Shown: positions 17,331 to 27,582 of the stretch, piece by piece
Layout of the letters: each line of letters opens with the position of its first letter
Numbering within the stretch: the stretch's first letter is position 1
From: a virus
Taxonomy: Duplodnaviria > Heunggongvirae > Uroviricota > Caudoviricetes
DNA length: 64,000 nucleotides
Virus record (IMG/VR): IMGVR_UViG_3300043119_000732
Direction: 5' to 3' (one strand)
Notes under the pieces: generated by a model
Told to the model about the DNA's origin: nothing
The model's database searches: none
Seen by the model: the letters and a program-made list of their open reading frames with translations, nothing else
Program-made: the position numbers and the translations under genes

Positions 17331-19150
17331 TATAGATATCTTTGCTGAGCAATAACCTTCTTTCTGATACTATTGCGATAGTTCTCAACGAGAAGGTTAT
17401 TTACCTGTTTAGGTGTAATTTTTACAGATTCGGTATTGATATAGTCGCCGCTACCTGTATCAAATTTGCTATAGGTAATCCATCTTTCAGGAGAACTACC
17501 GTTTTCGTAAAACTCCTGTTCATTATACGAGCGGGTAAATAGATTCGTGATTATACTACCAGCATCATCAATTTTTGAAGAGATATTATTTAACCAAGCT
17601 AACATCTCAACAGCTATTTTGTTTTTCTTTACAGGTACTTCAATAGGATTGCCATTATCGTCAAGCTCAACCTCACCTCTTTCATTTCTCTTAGGTTTAG
17701 TGCGGTCACTAGACATATCGGCTATCTTTGACTTTGCTGCTTGGTAAGAACCACCTGATGTCCTCAATATATTAAATAGATTAGTCACGAAAGCTTCGTT
17801 CTTCTTCCAAGAATTCGCAACATCTTCTTCAGACGGTGTAGATAATTCTACCTTTGATTTAATTTCACTACTAGGTGATACAACAGCACTCAATTCATCA
17901 CTTTTTAACTTTTTAGCGGTAGATATCTTATTTTTTATTGAATTGTATATACTTTCGAGCTTCTTTGCAAATCTTTGAATGGTAGGGTTACTGTGTGTAG
18001 GTAATACTTCTATACGACCTTCCAAATATGTCAATATTTCAGATATTGTATCCATATTTTCGATTTTTGCAATCATTTTATCAAAACTTGCAGCAAACTC
18101 TTCATTATTTTCTTTAAAGTCTTCAATACCATAAACAACATCATCCTTAATATCTTGTATTGAACCCAGTGCAATATCCGATGTTTCAGGTGTTGTTCTT
18201 AAAACACCAAAGAGCTTAAAGTGTGTGAAATTTTCGATAATATCGCTTAATATTTCATACAACTTTTTCGCACCTGCGTCACCTCCACGTTGAGCTAATT
18301 TATTATATTTACGAGCTTTACTTGTCACATATCCTTCTAAATCTTCTGCAGTTTCATTTCCATATACGCCAGATATTACATCATTAACTTCATCACTAAT
18401 ATACGGATCACCTTTTTCATCTTCTTTAAACGCTACGAGTGCTTGTATAAGAAAATCCTTAATCTCCTCTAAACTAACACGAGGCTCATCAGTTATTTGT
18501 TGTTCGAATCTCTCTTCAGGTGATTTAAATGCAGATAAAGGTGTAGCAAGAGCCGTTGTTATATCTGAAGTAGGTAAGAAAGAACCAGCATCTATTTTAA
18601 ATCTTTCACCGCGCGTGGTTGCGGTAACGTTAATATAGTCCTGTATTGATTTATTATCTGTTTTTGCAATCAGCTCGTTTTTTACTTTATCATAAACTTC
18701 TCTACCATTTGGTAAACTTCTTAAAGTATTTCCAAACCACCAGTTAATTTCTGTAGCAGAAGGAATGCGCTTCTTTTGAACAATACCTTCAGCATCAATA
18801 GGTGTGACGTCTTGTGCACCCTCTCTCTTCTCTCTTGGCTTCTTTTTTTCAATCTCTGCTAATTTATTATTAACAAGCTCGGGGAAATTATCTTTAATAA
18901 ATTGTAAAAAATAAATAGAGCGATCTCTATAAGGTGTAAGTTTAGCAGCCTTACCTTCTTCTTGAGATTTCTTAATATACGCCAACATTTTTTGATGAAT
19001 GAATTTTAACATAGGACCAATAATAGCATCCTGTGAAAGTTCAGCACTCGGTGCGGGTGGTGTAGATTGTTTTATTTCTTCATCTTGTTCGAGTAAGAAA
19101 CTGTAACCTATAATTGCTTTGTTAGCCCATCCTAATTTTGTAAAACTCAT
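17327..19150 (-). CDS. Large helical protein, probable internal head protein (607 aa; start 19150)
   Basis: TAAATA-N5-ATG at 19150; leader MSFTK...FLLE-Q. Confidence 0.6.
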   Translation of the reverse strand: MSFTKLGWANKAIIGYSFLLEQDEEIKQSTPPAPSAELSQDAIIGPMLKFIHQKMLAYIKKSQEEGKAAKLTPYRDRSIYFLQFIKDNFPELVNNKLAEIEKKKPREKREGAQDVTPIDAEGIVQKKRIPSATEINWWFGNTLRSLPNGREVYDKVKNELIAKTDNKSIQDYINVTATTRGERFKIDAGSFLPTSDITTALATPLSAFKSPEERFEQQITDEPRVSLEEIKDFLIQALVAFKEDEKGDPYISDEVNDVISGVYGNETAEDLEGYVTSKARKYNKLAQRGGDAGAKKLYEILSDIIENFTHFKLFGVLRTTPETSDIALGSIQDIKDDVVYGIEDFKENNEEFAASFDKMIAKIENMDTISEILTYLEGRIEVLPTHSNPTIQRFAKKLESIYNSIKNKISTAKKLKSDELSAVVSPSSEIKSKVELSTPSEEDVANSWKKNEAFVTNLFNILRTSGGSYQAAKSKIADMSSDRTKPKRNERGEVELDDNGNPIEVPVKKNKIAVEMLAWLNNISSKIDDAGSIITNLFTRSYNEQEFYENGSSPERWITYSKFDTGSGDYINTESVKITPKQVNNLLVENYRNSIRKKVIAQQRYLY

Positions 19151-19231
19151 ATTATTATTTAATCTTGAAAACCAAAAATAAGTTAATATCATTCAGTATG
19201 TTTAATCTAACAAGGAAGGTAGGGTAACTAT

Positions 19232-19894
19232 ATTTGCGGCATATTTGGATCGTTTAATACGAATAAATTTGAAATTTTAGATGAGGCGAATAAGCAACGT
19301 GGGAATTTTGCTTCTGGAGTATGTTATACTAATGGTGAATCATACGATATACAAAAGACAGAAGGTAGTTTTGATTGGAATACGATAAAACTACCAGAAG
19401 GCTTCCTATATTTAGGGCACAATCAAGCACCTACTTCATTTGAGCGAAAATGGAAATTACATAATTGTCACCCTTTTGAAAAAAATAATTGGATCGTCGC
19501 TCATAATGGGGTGTTAACTAACTTTAAGCAATTAAAAGACGAGAATATACCTGATCACGATAATTTAGTAGATACTAGTATAATACCAGCATTACTAGAT
19601 CTTTTTGAAAATAGATTTGATAAATGCACAACTATTTCAAATGAAATACTCAATATCGAATATGTACTAAGTATGTTACAAGGAACATTTGGTTTATGGA
19701 TAATGAATATTAAAACACTAAATGTATACCTTGCAAGGCAAGGTAGTACACTATTCTATGATCATAATAGTTTTTCCTCTATACCAGGAGAAGGGTTTAA
19801 AAAAATAGAAGAAGGTATCTTATATAGGATGACTAAAAAAGGTATCAAACCAGTTGGTGGCTTTGAGTGTAAGTCCCCTTTTCTAGAGCTATGA
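19232..19894 (+). CDS. Class II (Ntn) glutamine amidotransferase-like protein, ATT start
   Basis: The frame is open from ATT 19232: (M)CGIFG...N..RG...GHNQAPT...CHPF...AHNGVL...DT, continuous with track ORF 19511-19894. An in-frame TAG lies at 19220-19222. Confidence 0.85.
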   Translation: MCGIFGSFNTNKFEILDEANKQRGNFASGVCYTNGESYDIQKTEGSFDWNTIKLPEGFLYLGHNQAPTSFERKWKLHNCHPFEKNNWIVAHNGVLTNFKQLKDENIPDHDNLVDTSIIPALLDLFENRFDKCTTISNEILNIEYVLSMLQGTFGLWIMNIKTLNVYLARQGSTLFYDHNSFSSIPGEGFKKIEEGILYRMTKKGIKPVGGFECKSPFLEL

Positions 19895-20364
19895 CAAAAT
19901 TTAGACTTGAATATATAACACCTAATACACAAGACCAAAAGTATAAACTAATGGAGTTTATGTATAATAACACAGACTCTTTTGTTATGAATACTTTTGG
20001 TTACTTATGGGAAACAAGAGGGTGGTGGAAGGAATTTCCAATATTAGTAGCTTTTTATGAAGCTACTGATATAATAGTAGGTTTACACGCGTTTACTTGT
20101 AATACAAAAGCTAATTGCACATTAAAAACTTATTATATCGTAACAGATGAAAAGTTTAAAGGTCAAGGTATAGCTAAAATGCTTACGAAACGAGCTCTGC
20201 AGGACAGTCAGCTTTGGTGTGGTACTTTTTATGTTAACTCAAATTCAGTAGAAGGAATAGCGTTTTATAAAAAATTAGTAGGTGAACCGTTTAGTAGAAA
20301 GTATAATGAATTTGGTGGTGAAGATTGTGAGTTTGAATGTAAGTTTAATCATATTTTAAAATGA
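19891..20364 (+). CDS. GNAT-family acetyltransferase
   Basis: YIVTDEKFKGQGIAK acetyl-CoA motif; N...IAFYKK. Confidence 0.75.
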   Translation: MTKFRLEYITPNTQDQKYKLMEFMYNNTDSFVMNTFGYLWETRGWWKEFPILVAFYEATDIIVGLHAFTCNTKANCTLKTYYIVTDEKFKGQGIAKMLTKRALQDSQLWCGTFYVNSNSVEGIAFYKKLVGEPFSRKYNEFGGEDCEFECKFNHILK

Positions 20365-21077
20365 ATATAAAATTTGTAGTAGCAACAAAACATAAAGATA
20401 GAAGTGATACTATTTTAGGTGAATGTTTAGAAAAGAATTTACCTAGTATTTTTTATGGGCTATTTGGACATCATATTTCATGGGTATATCAGAACAATGA
20501 AAGTTTGGCATCTGTTTATAATAGACATATAAATTATGTCGAGACATTCAAAGAGTGTTATACACATGCTATTTTTATGCATGATGATATATTTGTAAAT
20601 TGCTTAGATTTTCTTGAACGTATTTATAAAGGTTTCGAACAGTTTGATGTTATTGGTCTAGCTGGATCAAAAGTAGCAAATTTCGGATATCATAACAATC
20701 CTATGCTATGGCATCTTATGTCAGAAAGAAAAGATCATCTTGGTTGTGTTGGTCATGGATCCCCAGATGATTATATGTATACATCTTTTGGACCACTAAA
20801 TAAGCAAGCACTTCTTATAGATGGTTTGTTTATTGGTGTTAATCTCAAAAAACTTGGAGATTTGAGATTCGATGAAAAAAATCCAGCTAGATTTCACTAT
20901 TATGATCTCATCTTTAGTATGGATGCTGCTATCAAAAAGCTCAAGACAGGTGTAATCGATTTACCAGTAATACATCAATCACCAGGCCTCAGAGAGTTTA
21001 CCGAAGAGTGGAGAGCCGGAGAGAAGTACTTCAAAGAAAAATACAAAGCTTACACTGGTAAATTATTAACAGTATAA
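20361..21077 (+). CDS. GT-A (family 2-like) glycosyltransferase
   Basis: SLASVYN, IFMHDDI, IGLAG, IDGLF, FDE...FHYYD. Confidence 0.78.
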   Translation: MNIKFVVATKHKDRSDTILGECLEKNLPSIFYGLFGHHISWVYQNNESLASVYNRHINYVETFKECYTHAIFMHDDIFVNCLDFLERIYKGFEQFDVIGLAGSKVANFGYHNNPMLWHLMSERKDHLGCVGHGSPDDYMYTSFGPLNKQALLIDGLFIGVNLKKLGDLRFDEKNPARFHYYDLIFSMDAAIKKLKTGVIDLPVIHQSPGLREFTEEWRAGEKYFKEKYKAYTGKLLTV

Positions 21078-21089
21078 TATCATAAACTA

Positions 21090-22412
21090 ATGCAGAAAAT
21101 CAATTTAGATTTTTTCGAACAGATTTTAATTTACAAATCTCTTACAGATGAGAAGTATCTTTCTACTGTTATAAGTGCGGTTAACCCTGCACACTTTAAG
21201 GATAAGAATATAAAAACTATATATACTATCATTAAAGATTTTTATAACAAGAGAAATGTACCACCTACAATTACAGAACTAAAGACATATCTCATTGATT
21301 CAGATTCAAGAGAAGCATTTAAGACTGTAGTTAATAAGTTTTCTGAGATGGATAAGTCATTTAACAATGACGAACTTATTGAGAATACAGAAAGATATAT
21401 TAAGGAGCGTTCTATATGGCATACAATGCTCGATATCTCTAAGGACGTTTCGAATGGCAAAATAGATACAGGTTTCATCTTAGATAAGTTTGAAAAGAGC
21501 TGTAATGTAAACTTAAAAACAAATATAGGTTTAGATCTATTCAAAGATATTAATATTCTAATAGATGATCTGAATACAGAACAACCTGTAATACCTACGG
21601 GTTATAAATTCTTAGATAGAAAGCTAGGTGGTGGCTGGTTGAAGAACGGAAGAGCAATTTATATTTTTGCTGGTGAAACAAACGTTGGTAAGAGTATATT
21701 CTTGGGTAATTTTGCAACTAATATCGCAAATAATGGTAAGACCGTATTACTGATAACTCTTGAAATGAGTGAGTTAGTATATGCTAAGAGATTAGCATCC
21801 AGTGTTAGTAAGATACCTATATCAGAACTCAAGGTTGAATCTCAAACATTAAAGACTCAAATACTTGAACACACTAAAGATAACCCTACTAGTAAACTTG
21901 TAATAAAAGAGTTTCCGCCTAGTACTATTACACCCTCGCAATTACAAGGTTACCTAAAAAATATACAAAGTACTGGTGTACATATAGATGCAATAGTATT
22001 GGATTATATTAATCTACTAAAAGGTCCTACAGGTGATAATTCATACGAACGTGTAAAGATTGTTACTGAACAAGTTAGAGCATTAAGTTATATCTTTAAT
22101 TGCCCTATAATTACAGCCACACAGTTGAATCGTTCAGGCTATGATACCGATAAACCTGGATTAGAGAGTATAAGTGAGAGTATAGGTTTAGCTGCGACTG
22201 CTGATTTTATAGGGATAATAACACAATCTGACGAAGATCGAGAACTTAATATAACTAGAATGAATATAGCGAAAAATAGATTTGGTCCAAATTACGGTAC
22301 AACTACACTGCGTATTGATTATAAAACCCTCACTATATATGAAGACGACAGTTTAGAGAGCGGTGGTGATTTAAGTGATAACGCAAGAGCACTTCAAATT
22401 CTAAGTAGTTGA
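21090..22412 (+). CDS. gp41: DnaB-like replicative helicase (gp41)
   Basis: IPTG...LD..LGGG, GETNVGKS, TLEMSE, IKEFP, LDYINL, TATQLNRSG, KNRFG. Confidence 0.95.
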   Translation: MQKINLDFFEQILIYKSLTDEKYLSTVISAVNPAHFKDKNIKTIYTIIKDFYNKRNVPPTITELKTYLIDSDSREAFKTVVNKFSEMDKSFNNDELIENTERYIKERSIWHTMLDISKDVSNGKIDTGFILDKFEKSCNVNLKTNIGLDLFKDINILIDDLNTEQPVIPTGYKFLDRKLGGGWLKNGRAIYIFAGETNVGKSIFLGNFATNIANNGKTVLLITLEMSELVYAKRLASSVSKIPISELKVESQTLKTQILEHTKDNPTSKLVIKEFPPSTITPSQLQGYLKNIQSTGVHIDAIVLDYINLLKGPTGDNSYERVKIVTEQVRALSYIFNCPIITATQLNRSGYDTDKPGLESISESIGLAATADFIGIITQSDEDRELNITRMNIAKNRFGPNYGTTTLRIDYKTLTIYEDDSLESGGDLSDNARALQILSS

Positions 22413-22441
22413 ATCCTGGTACATTATTCATAATATACAAT

Positions 22442-22741
22442 ATGAGTAATACATCTAAGCCTAAGTTACCTAGCGCAACGATTGAAGATACTGAATTTAA
22501 CCATGCATTTTATTCTTTCTGCACCTTCTGTCATCTTTATTATGGTAAAAAAATAAATTTTGCAACAGTTTTTACTAAAATTATAACAAATCCCAAAATT
22601 AAAAAATTATATAAGATGGCTATAGGTGAAGATAGTGATTTCGAAGCTTTAAAGAAATTCATGATTATAGAGCCGTCAGTAACAAAAAGCAAATATATAA
22701 CAAAAATAATAAACAAGAATAAAGTAAAACTAGATGGATAA
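22442..22741 (+). CDS. Hypothetical protein (start likely 22442)
   Basis: ATG lies 5 nt after a -10-like box. Confidence 0.55.
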   Translation: MSNTSKPKLPSATIEDTEFNHAFYSFCTFCHLYYGKKINFATVFTKIITNPKIKKLYKMAIGEDSDFEALKKFMIIEPSVTKSKYITKIINKNKVKLDG

Positions 22742-23375
22742 TCAAGAAAAGTACATATACAACTGCTATATAGAAACCATACGCAAGTTTAACGATAAGC
22801 CTTTTAGATATCGCAAAAACTTTGAAGGTTTTGAAAATACAACAGAGTATGTATGTGTAGCAAAACTCGGTAAATTCTTTGATAAATTCCAACATCTAGT
22901 GATAAAAGATTTTTTTGAAGCACCATATTTTGTATATGGTGAAAAATATTTTGATTTAGCTTTTTATCTATCACAAAGAGCGATAAAAGCATATACAATC
23001 TATCATAACACATTCATTCCGAACAATCCAGATCATGACCAGACGCTAGAAAAAATAAAAGATAGCTTTATTTTTATATACAAATTTTGTAAAGAACACG
23101 GTATAAACATGACAGATTACATTAAATATAAACAACAAGGCAGTAACTGTCATAGTTTTTTACTTCACCTAAAGGAGAGAAAAATTTGTCTTTACCCGTT
23201 GTTTTCATATGATGGTGTTGATAAAATAATATCAGAATATGAAAGTGATATTAAGAGGTTTATGTTTGGTAAAGAAATATCAAACTTAAATTTCTTTCGT
23301 ACCAAATATTATACCAGTTCTAAATGTAAAAAAGCTTGTAATCTTATTTTTAATAAACTAATTTCCAATTTCTAA
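22734..23375 (+). CDS. Possible gp59-like helicase loader
   Basis: Size and position directly upstream of gp32, as in T4; no decisive motif. Confidence 0.45.
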   Translation: MDNQEKYIYNCYIETIRKFNDKPFRYRKNFEGFENTTEYVCVAKLGKFFDKFQHLVIKDFFEAPYFVYGEKYFDLAFYLSQRAIKAYTIYHNTFIPNNPDHDQTLEKIKDSFIFIYKFCKEHGINMTDYIKYKQQGSNCHSFLLHLKERKICLYPLFSYDGVDKIISEYESDIKRFMFGKEISNLNFFRTKYYTSSKCKKACNLIFNKLISNF

Positions 23376-23384
23376 AATTTTCTT

Positions 23385-24215
23385 ATGACAACATATAACA
23401 AAAATAACATAAACGATATATTCCAAAGTATTAAAGGTGCAATTGCACAAGACAAACAATCAGGAGGTACAGGTGACATCCTTAAGCTAGAGCCAGGCAA
23501 TACTTACACAGTAAGATTGCTACCTGCAAAAGAACCAAAAAAGACATTTTTCCACTATTATCAACATGGGTGGACAAGCTTTTCAACAGGACAATACGTC
23601 TCTGCATTAAGCTTACAAACTTTTGGTGAAAGAGATCCAATTGCAGAAGAAAGATTCCGTATTCTCAAAACAGGTACAGAAGTACAAAAAAAGAAAGCCG
23701 AGACAGTTAAGAGAGCTGAAAAGTGGCTTGTAAATGTATACGTTATAAACGATCCTACCAATCCCGATAATAACGGTAAGGTAAAGATTGTACGTTACGG
23801 TAAGCAACTTCAAACAGTAATTGCTGATGCGATTGAAGGTGATGAATCTGAGAGCATCGGTCCTCGCATCTTCGATCTATCACCAAATGGTGTTAATCTA
23901 AGAATCAAAGTAGAAAAGCAAGGCGACTTTCCTTCATATGTAGCTTCAAAGTTTTCATTGCCATTTGAAATCAAAGATCTAGATGAAGATAAATACCAAA
24001 AAGTATACGATAGTGTATTTGAATTAGATAAAATCTTTACAGTTAAGAGTGCTGATGATCTAAGACTAATGTTAAAGGAACACTTCCATGCTGAGAAGAC
24101 AGATAAAGCTCCTGTAGAAGAAAAACCAGTACAAGCTAAAGAAGCACCTGTAAGAGTATCGACAGATAATGATGATGAAGTATCTAAGTTGCTTGATGGT
24201 CTAGACCTAACTTAA
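23385..24215 (+). CDS. gp32: gp32-like single-stranded DNA-binding protein
   Basis: VRLLP, NVYVINDP.NP.NNGKVKI..YGK, FD...G.N, acidic C-terminal tail. Confidence 0.9.
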   Translation: MTTYNKNNINDIFQSIKGAIAQDKQSGGTGDILKLEPGNTYTVRLLPAKEPKKTFFHYYQHGWTSFSTGQYVSALSLQTFGERDPIAEERFRILKTGTEVQKKKAETVKRAEKWLVNVYVINDPTNPDNNGKVKIVRYGKQLQTVIADAIEGDESESIGPRIFDLSPNGVNLRIKVEKQGDFPSYVASKFSLPFEIKDLDEDKYQKVYDSVFELDKIFTVKSADDLRLMLKEHFHAEKTDKAPVEEKPVQAKEAPVRVSTDNDDEVSKLLDGLDLT

Positions 24216-24219
24216 TAAA

Positions 24220-24606
24220 ATGGCAAACGAGCAAGAAATTCTAGTTAATTTTATAGGCTCAAATTACGGATTAATGAAAAGTCTAGATGACCAGATCATA
24301 GGGTCGTCTAGTACTTTACAAAGACGTAGTGAAGATGTCAAAAAGGTACTAAGTGATGCTTTACGTCATAATATTGCACCACAAATACAGCAAAATCTAC
24401 CACCTGTTCATCAAGTACAACCACAAGTACAAGTACAACCGCAAGTACAAGTGCAACAAGATGATGGCCAACTATGGTTATCTTTTGATGAAAGAGATAA
24501 GATTTATGATCTATTAGACACTGTTATTGAAAAACAAGATTTAATTTTGAAAAGACTTGATAAAATTGAATCTTCATATACTATATCTCGCAAAAGAGGT
24601 CTATGA
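24220..24606 (+). CDS. Hypothetical protein with a short QPQVQV repeat
   Basis: ORF track; imperfect 18-bp repeats near 24411-24460. Confidence 0.6.
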   Translation: MANEQEILVNFIGSNYGLMKSLDDQIIGSSSTLQRRSEDVKKVLSDALRHNIAPQIQQNLPPVHQVQPQVQVQPQVQVQQDDGQLWLSFDERDKIYDLLDTVIEKQDLILKRLDKIESSYTISRKRGL

Positions 24607-25331
24607 AGATAAAAATTTTCGATAAAAAAGAGTTTATTCAAAATTTTCTATCACCAATCAGCACACTGAATTCAGTGTGCTGTATTGATGTACAGAATAA
24701 TGAATTAAAAACGACATGCTCATCACCTGATAATACGTTATGTTTGATATCATCTCAACCTGTGTTAAGCGATGAAGTAAGAACATTAAACCTACCTGAC
24801 GTCAAGAGATTAAGCGGAGCTTTATCTCTAATCAAAACGAAAGATATAGAGTTCAATGTAGTTGATAACAATATTAAGTATAATGATGGTACATTTAAGT
24901 TTTCTTATCATCTTTTAGAGAGCGGTATTATCAAAAAGACAACCATAAATGTAGATAAAGTAAATAAACTTGAGTATAATATCTGCTTTGATATATCAGA
25001 ACAGAATTTAGACACACTGCTTAAAGGAACATCTTTTGCTGCAGCGACTAACAAAATCTATTTATATACTGAGAATGATAAAATATACGCAGAGTTAGGA
25101 GATAAAACAAAACATAATGTTGATAATTTTATAACCGTGGTTGCAGATAAGTATTCAGGTAATTTAATTAATAAACCACTACCGATTAATCTTGATACGT
25201 TTAGATTAATCTACTTTAATGGTGCTACTAGTATAAAATGCTCTATCAATACAAGTTATGGTATTATAAAAATGGATATAGTTAAAGGTAACACAAACTT
25301 GACTTATATAATGTCAGCATTAATTAACTAA
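24603..25331 (+). CDS. gp45: Sliding clamp (gp45/PCNA-like)
   Basis: 242 aa with an alternating alpha/beta pattern, in a replication cluster. Confidence 0.7.
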   Translation: MKIKIFDKKEFIQNFLSPISTLNSVCCIDVQNNELKTTCSSPDNTLCLISSQPVLSDEVRTLNLPDVKRLSGALSLIKTKDIEFNVVDNNIKYNDGTFKFSYHLLESGIIKKTTINVDKVNKLEYNICFDISEQNLDTLLKGTSFAAATNKIYLYTENDKIYAELGDKTKHNVDNFITVVADKYSGNLINKPLPINLDTFRLIYFNGATSIKCSINTSYGIIKMDIVKGNTNLTYIMSALIN

Positions 25332-25332
25332 C

Positions 25333-25689
25333 ATGAAACACAGACTCAAAGAGAGACGAATATCCAACAAAATAAAGACTGCTGGGTACTTCATCAAAAG
25401 ACTCAAAGACAGTGGTTTTGTTGTTTTTAAAATCTTTAATGCGTACTCTATTACTGACCCACGTAGATGGACTGTGTTGGTAGATCCAGGACTAACTTCA
25501 GTATATGTTACTTGTTATCAAAACAAAGATGAAATGAATGAAATCTTGTTTGAATTTGACGATGGTGGTCGTAAGTTTACAAAAGGTTCATTTCTTAAAA
25601 CAGAAAGTATAGAAACTATTGTTACATATTTAATCGAAAAAGGTGTTAACAATATACCAGCCAATAACCCTTTTGTAATGCATAAATAA
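25333..25689 (+). CDS. Hypothetical protein
   Basis: ORF track. Confidence 0.6.
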   Translation: MKHRLKERRISNKIKTAGYFIKRLKDSGFVVFKIFNAYSITDPRRWTVLVDPGLTSVYVTCYQNKDEMNEILFEFDDGGRKFTKGSFLKTESIETIVTYLIEKGVNNIPANNPFVMHK

Positions 25690-25693
25690 CTGT

Positions 25694-26050
25694 ATGGAAC
25701 CAGATAATATGGAAACACCAAAGCAAGAGCCTAAGAAAAAAGAAAAAAAGAAAACAAAAGCTCAGCAGGTTCCGCAACCGATAACTAATGAGCAATTATC
25801 AGATTTAATTAAAGACGCACTCGCGATTCAATTTAGAAAACAATTACAACGTAAAAAGTCTAAAGATGAATTAGAAGCTATGGTAGCTACATGTGAAGAA
25901 TTCATGAACAGCTTCATTATATTAGGTTATGATTTTGATGGCAATGCAGTTGATCCTATCGTAGTGGCACACTCACAGCAGGAAGCTGATTCGCTAGGTG
26001 CCTACCTTAATAAGTTTATATCGTCTCAAATTCAAAGACAAGGTAGTTGA
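25694..26050 (+). CDS. Hypothetical protein
   Basis: ORF track. Confidence 0.6.
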   Translation: MEPDNMETPKQEPKKKEKKKTKAQQVPQPITNEQLSDLIKDALAIQFRKQLQRKKSKDELEAMVATCEEFMNSFIILGYDFDGNAVDPIVVAHSQQEADSLGAYLNKFISSQIQRQGS

Positions 26051-26080
26051 ATATAAAGGAACATTCATTATATTTCTATA

Positions 26081-26908
26081 ATGAATGTTCTAATCTTAGG
26101 TAAGGGGTTTGTAGGTAATGCTCTTAAAGAAGAAATGCCTGATGCTTTTATAGTTTCCAGGAAAGAGTTGAATTATTTTGATGAGATGACCCTTATAAGT
26201 TACCTATGTGAAAAGAAAATAAAATTGGTTATCAATTGTGCAGGATATACAGGTAACCCTAATGTTGATGCTTGCGAGAGTGATAAAGAAAACTGCTATA
26301 AACAGAATGTTGAGCTTGTAAGATCTTTACAGAGATCTTGTGTAGGTGTCAAGATTATACATATAAGTTCTGGTTGCATATATGATGGTTATGAAAAGGT
26401 CTTTAACGAAGAGGATATACCTAATTTTGGTATATTCAACGATAAGAGTAGTTTCTATAGTAAAACAAAGCATATTGCTGAGACAATTATAAATAAGACA
26501 TTAGATGAGGTTGCAATAGTAAGACTACGCATACCATTCGATTACGTTAGTTCTAGAAAGAACTACTTCAATAAGTTACTTGGATATAATAATCTTATTG
26601 ACTTTAGGAACAGCAAGACAGATTTACGTTATCTTTGTAGATTCATACATAAGTTAGCTCAAAACTTTACACCAGGTATCTTTAATGCAGTACATAGCAA
26701 CGCTCTTACAACACAGCAAGTTTTAGATATTATGGTAGAGTATGACTTATATAATCCTAACTGGAAGATTGTAGAATATAAGGATATTCCAATTAAAGCT
26801 AATAGATCAAATTGTGTATTATCAAACAAAAAGGTAAGGAGTTGGGGTTTTGATTTTGGTGATGAAGAAGTAGCAATTAGAGAAGCACTAGAAAAATTTA
26901 AACTATGA
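26081..26908 (+). CDS. rmlD: dTDP-4-dehydrorhamnose reductase (RmlD-like SDR)
   Basis: ILGKGFVG, INCAGYTG.PNVD.CE, HISSGCIY, YSKTK. Confidence 0.8.
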   Translation: MNVLILGKGFVGNALKEEMPDAFIVSRKELNYFDEMTLISYLCEKKIKLVINCAGYTGNPNVDACESDKENCYKQNVELVRSLQRSCVGVKIIHISSGCIYDGYEKVFNEEDIPNFGIFNDKSSFYSKTKHIAETIINKTLDEVAIVRLRIPFDYVSSRKNYFNKLLGYNNLIDFRNSKTDLRYLCRFIHKLAQNFTPGIFNAVHSNALTTQQVLDIMVEYDLYNPNWKIVEYKDIPIKANRSNCVLSNKKVRSWGFDFGDEEVAIREALEKFKL

Positions 26909-27576
26909 ATAACGAAATAAAGCTTTTAGGTTTTTACGGTAGTGATGAAGTACATGCATGTTCTGCGTGGACTTCAACAAGTAGAGAAATAACCAATGAT
27001 AAGCGTGAAAGAATACCAAGTTTGTTAAAAATGTTAGCAGAAAATGGTCATCATACTCCTTTTGAAAAATCATCTCTACATTTCTTAGTAACTAGTGACA
27101 TTGCATCACATATACATAAATTAAAGCACCGTATTGGAGTATCAATTAATGGTGAATCTGCACGCTACAAAGAGCTAAAAGAGGATAAGTTTTATTTACC
27201 TGAAGACTGGAAGAATATTAAAGCAGTGTCACTTACAGGAAAGTATTTAGAGAAGCATAATGGTAAAGATTGGTATGATATTCTGCAAATCCATACAGAG
27301 ATTAGTAATGATCTTTATCACGCTGCACTCAAGGATTTAGAAAAGACTTTAGGACGTAAACGTGCTAAAGAATCTGCACGTTTCTTTAAAACGTATAATT
27401 CACAAATTGATTGCGATATAATGTTTAACTGGAGAAGTTTTTATCATTTCCTAAATCTTAGAAACAAACTCGATGCACAAGAAGAGATTAGAGATATTGC
27501 AGCAGAGATGCTTAAGTTAGTCAAAGAAATCCCTGGAGATCCATTCAAACATACTATTGCTGCTTTTAATCTATAA
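26905..27576 (+). CDS. thyX: Flavin-dependent thymidylate synthase
   Basis: GHHTPFE, LKHRIGVSINGESARY, N.RSF.HFL.LR....AQ.EIR. Confidence 0.92.
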   Translation: MNNEIKLLGFYGSDEVHACSAWTSTSREITNDKRERIPSLLKMLAENGHHTPFEKSSLHFLVTSDIASHIHKLKHRIGVSINGESARYKELKEDKFYLPEDWKNIKAVSLTGKYLEKHNGKDWYDILQIHTEISNDLYHAALKDLEKTLGRKRAKESARFFKTYNSQIDCDIMFNWRSFYHFLNLRNKLDAQEEIRDIAAEMLKLVKEIPGDPFKHTIAAFNL

Positions 27577-27582
27577 ATTATT

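Noticed and set aside
24411-24460. CAAGTACAACC-type repeats as a CRISPR array or regulatory repeat
   Set aside because: They are in-frame QPQVQV low-complexity coding repeats with no spacers.
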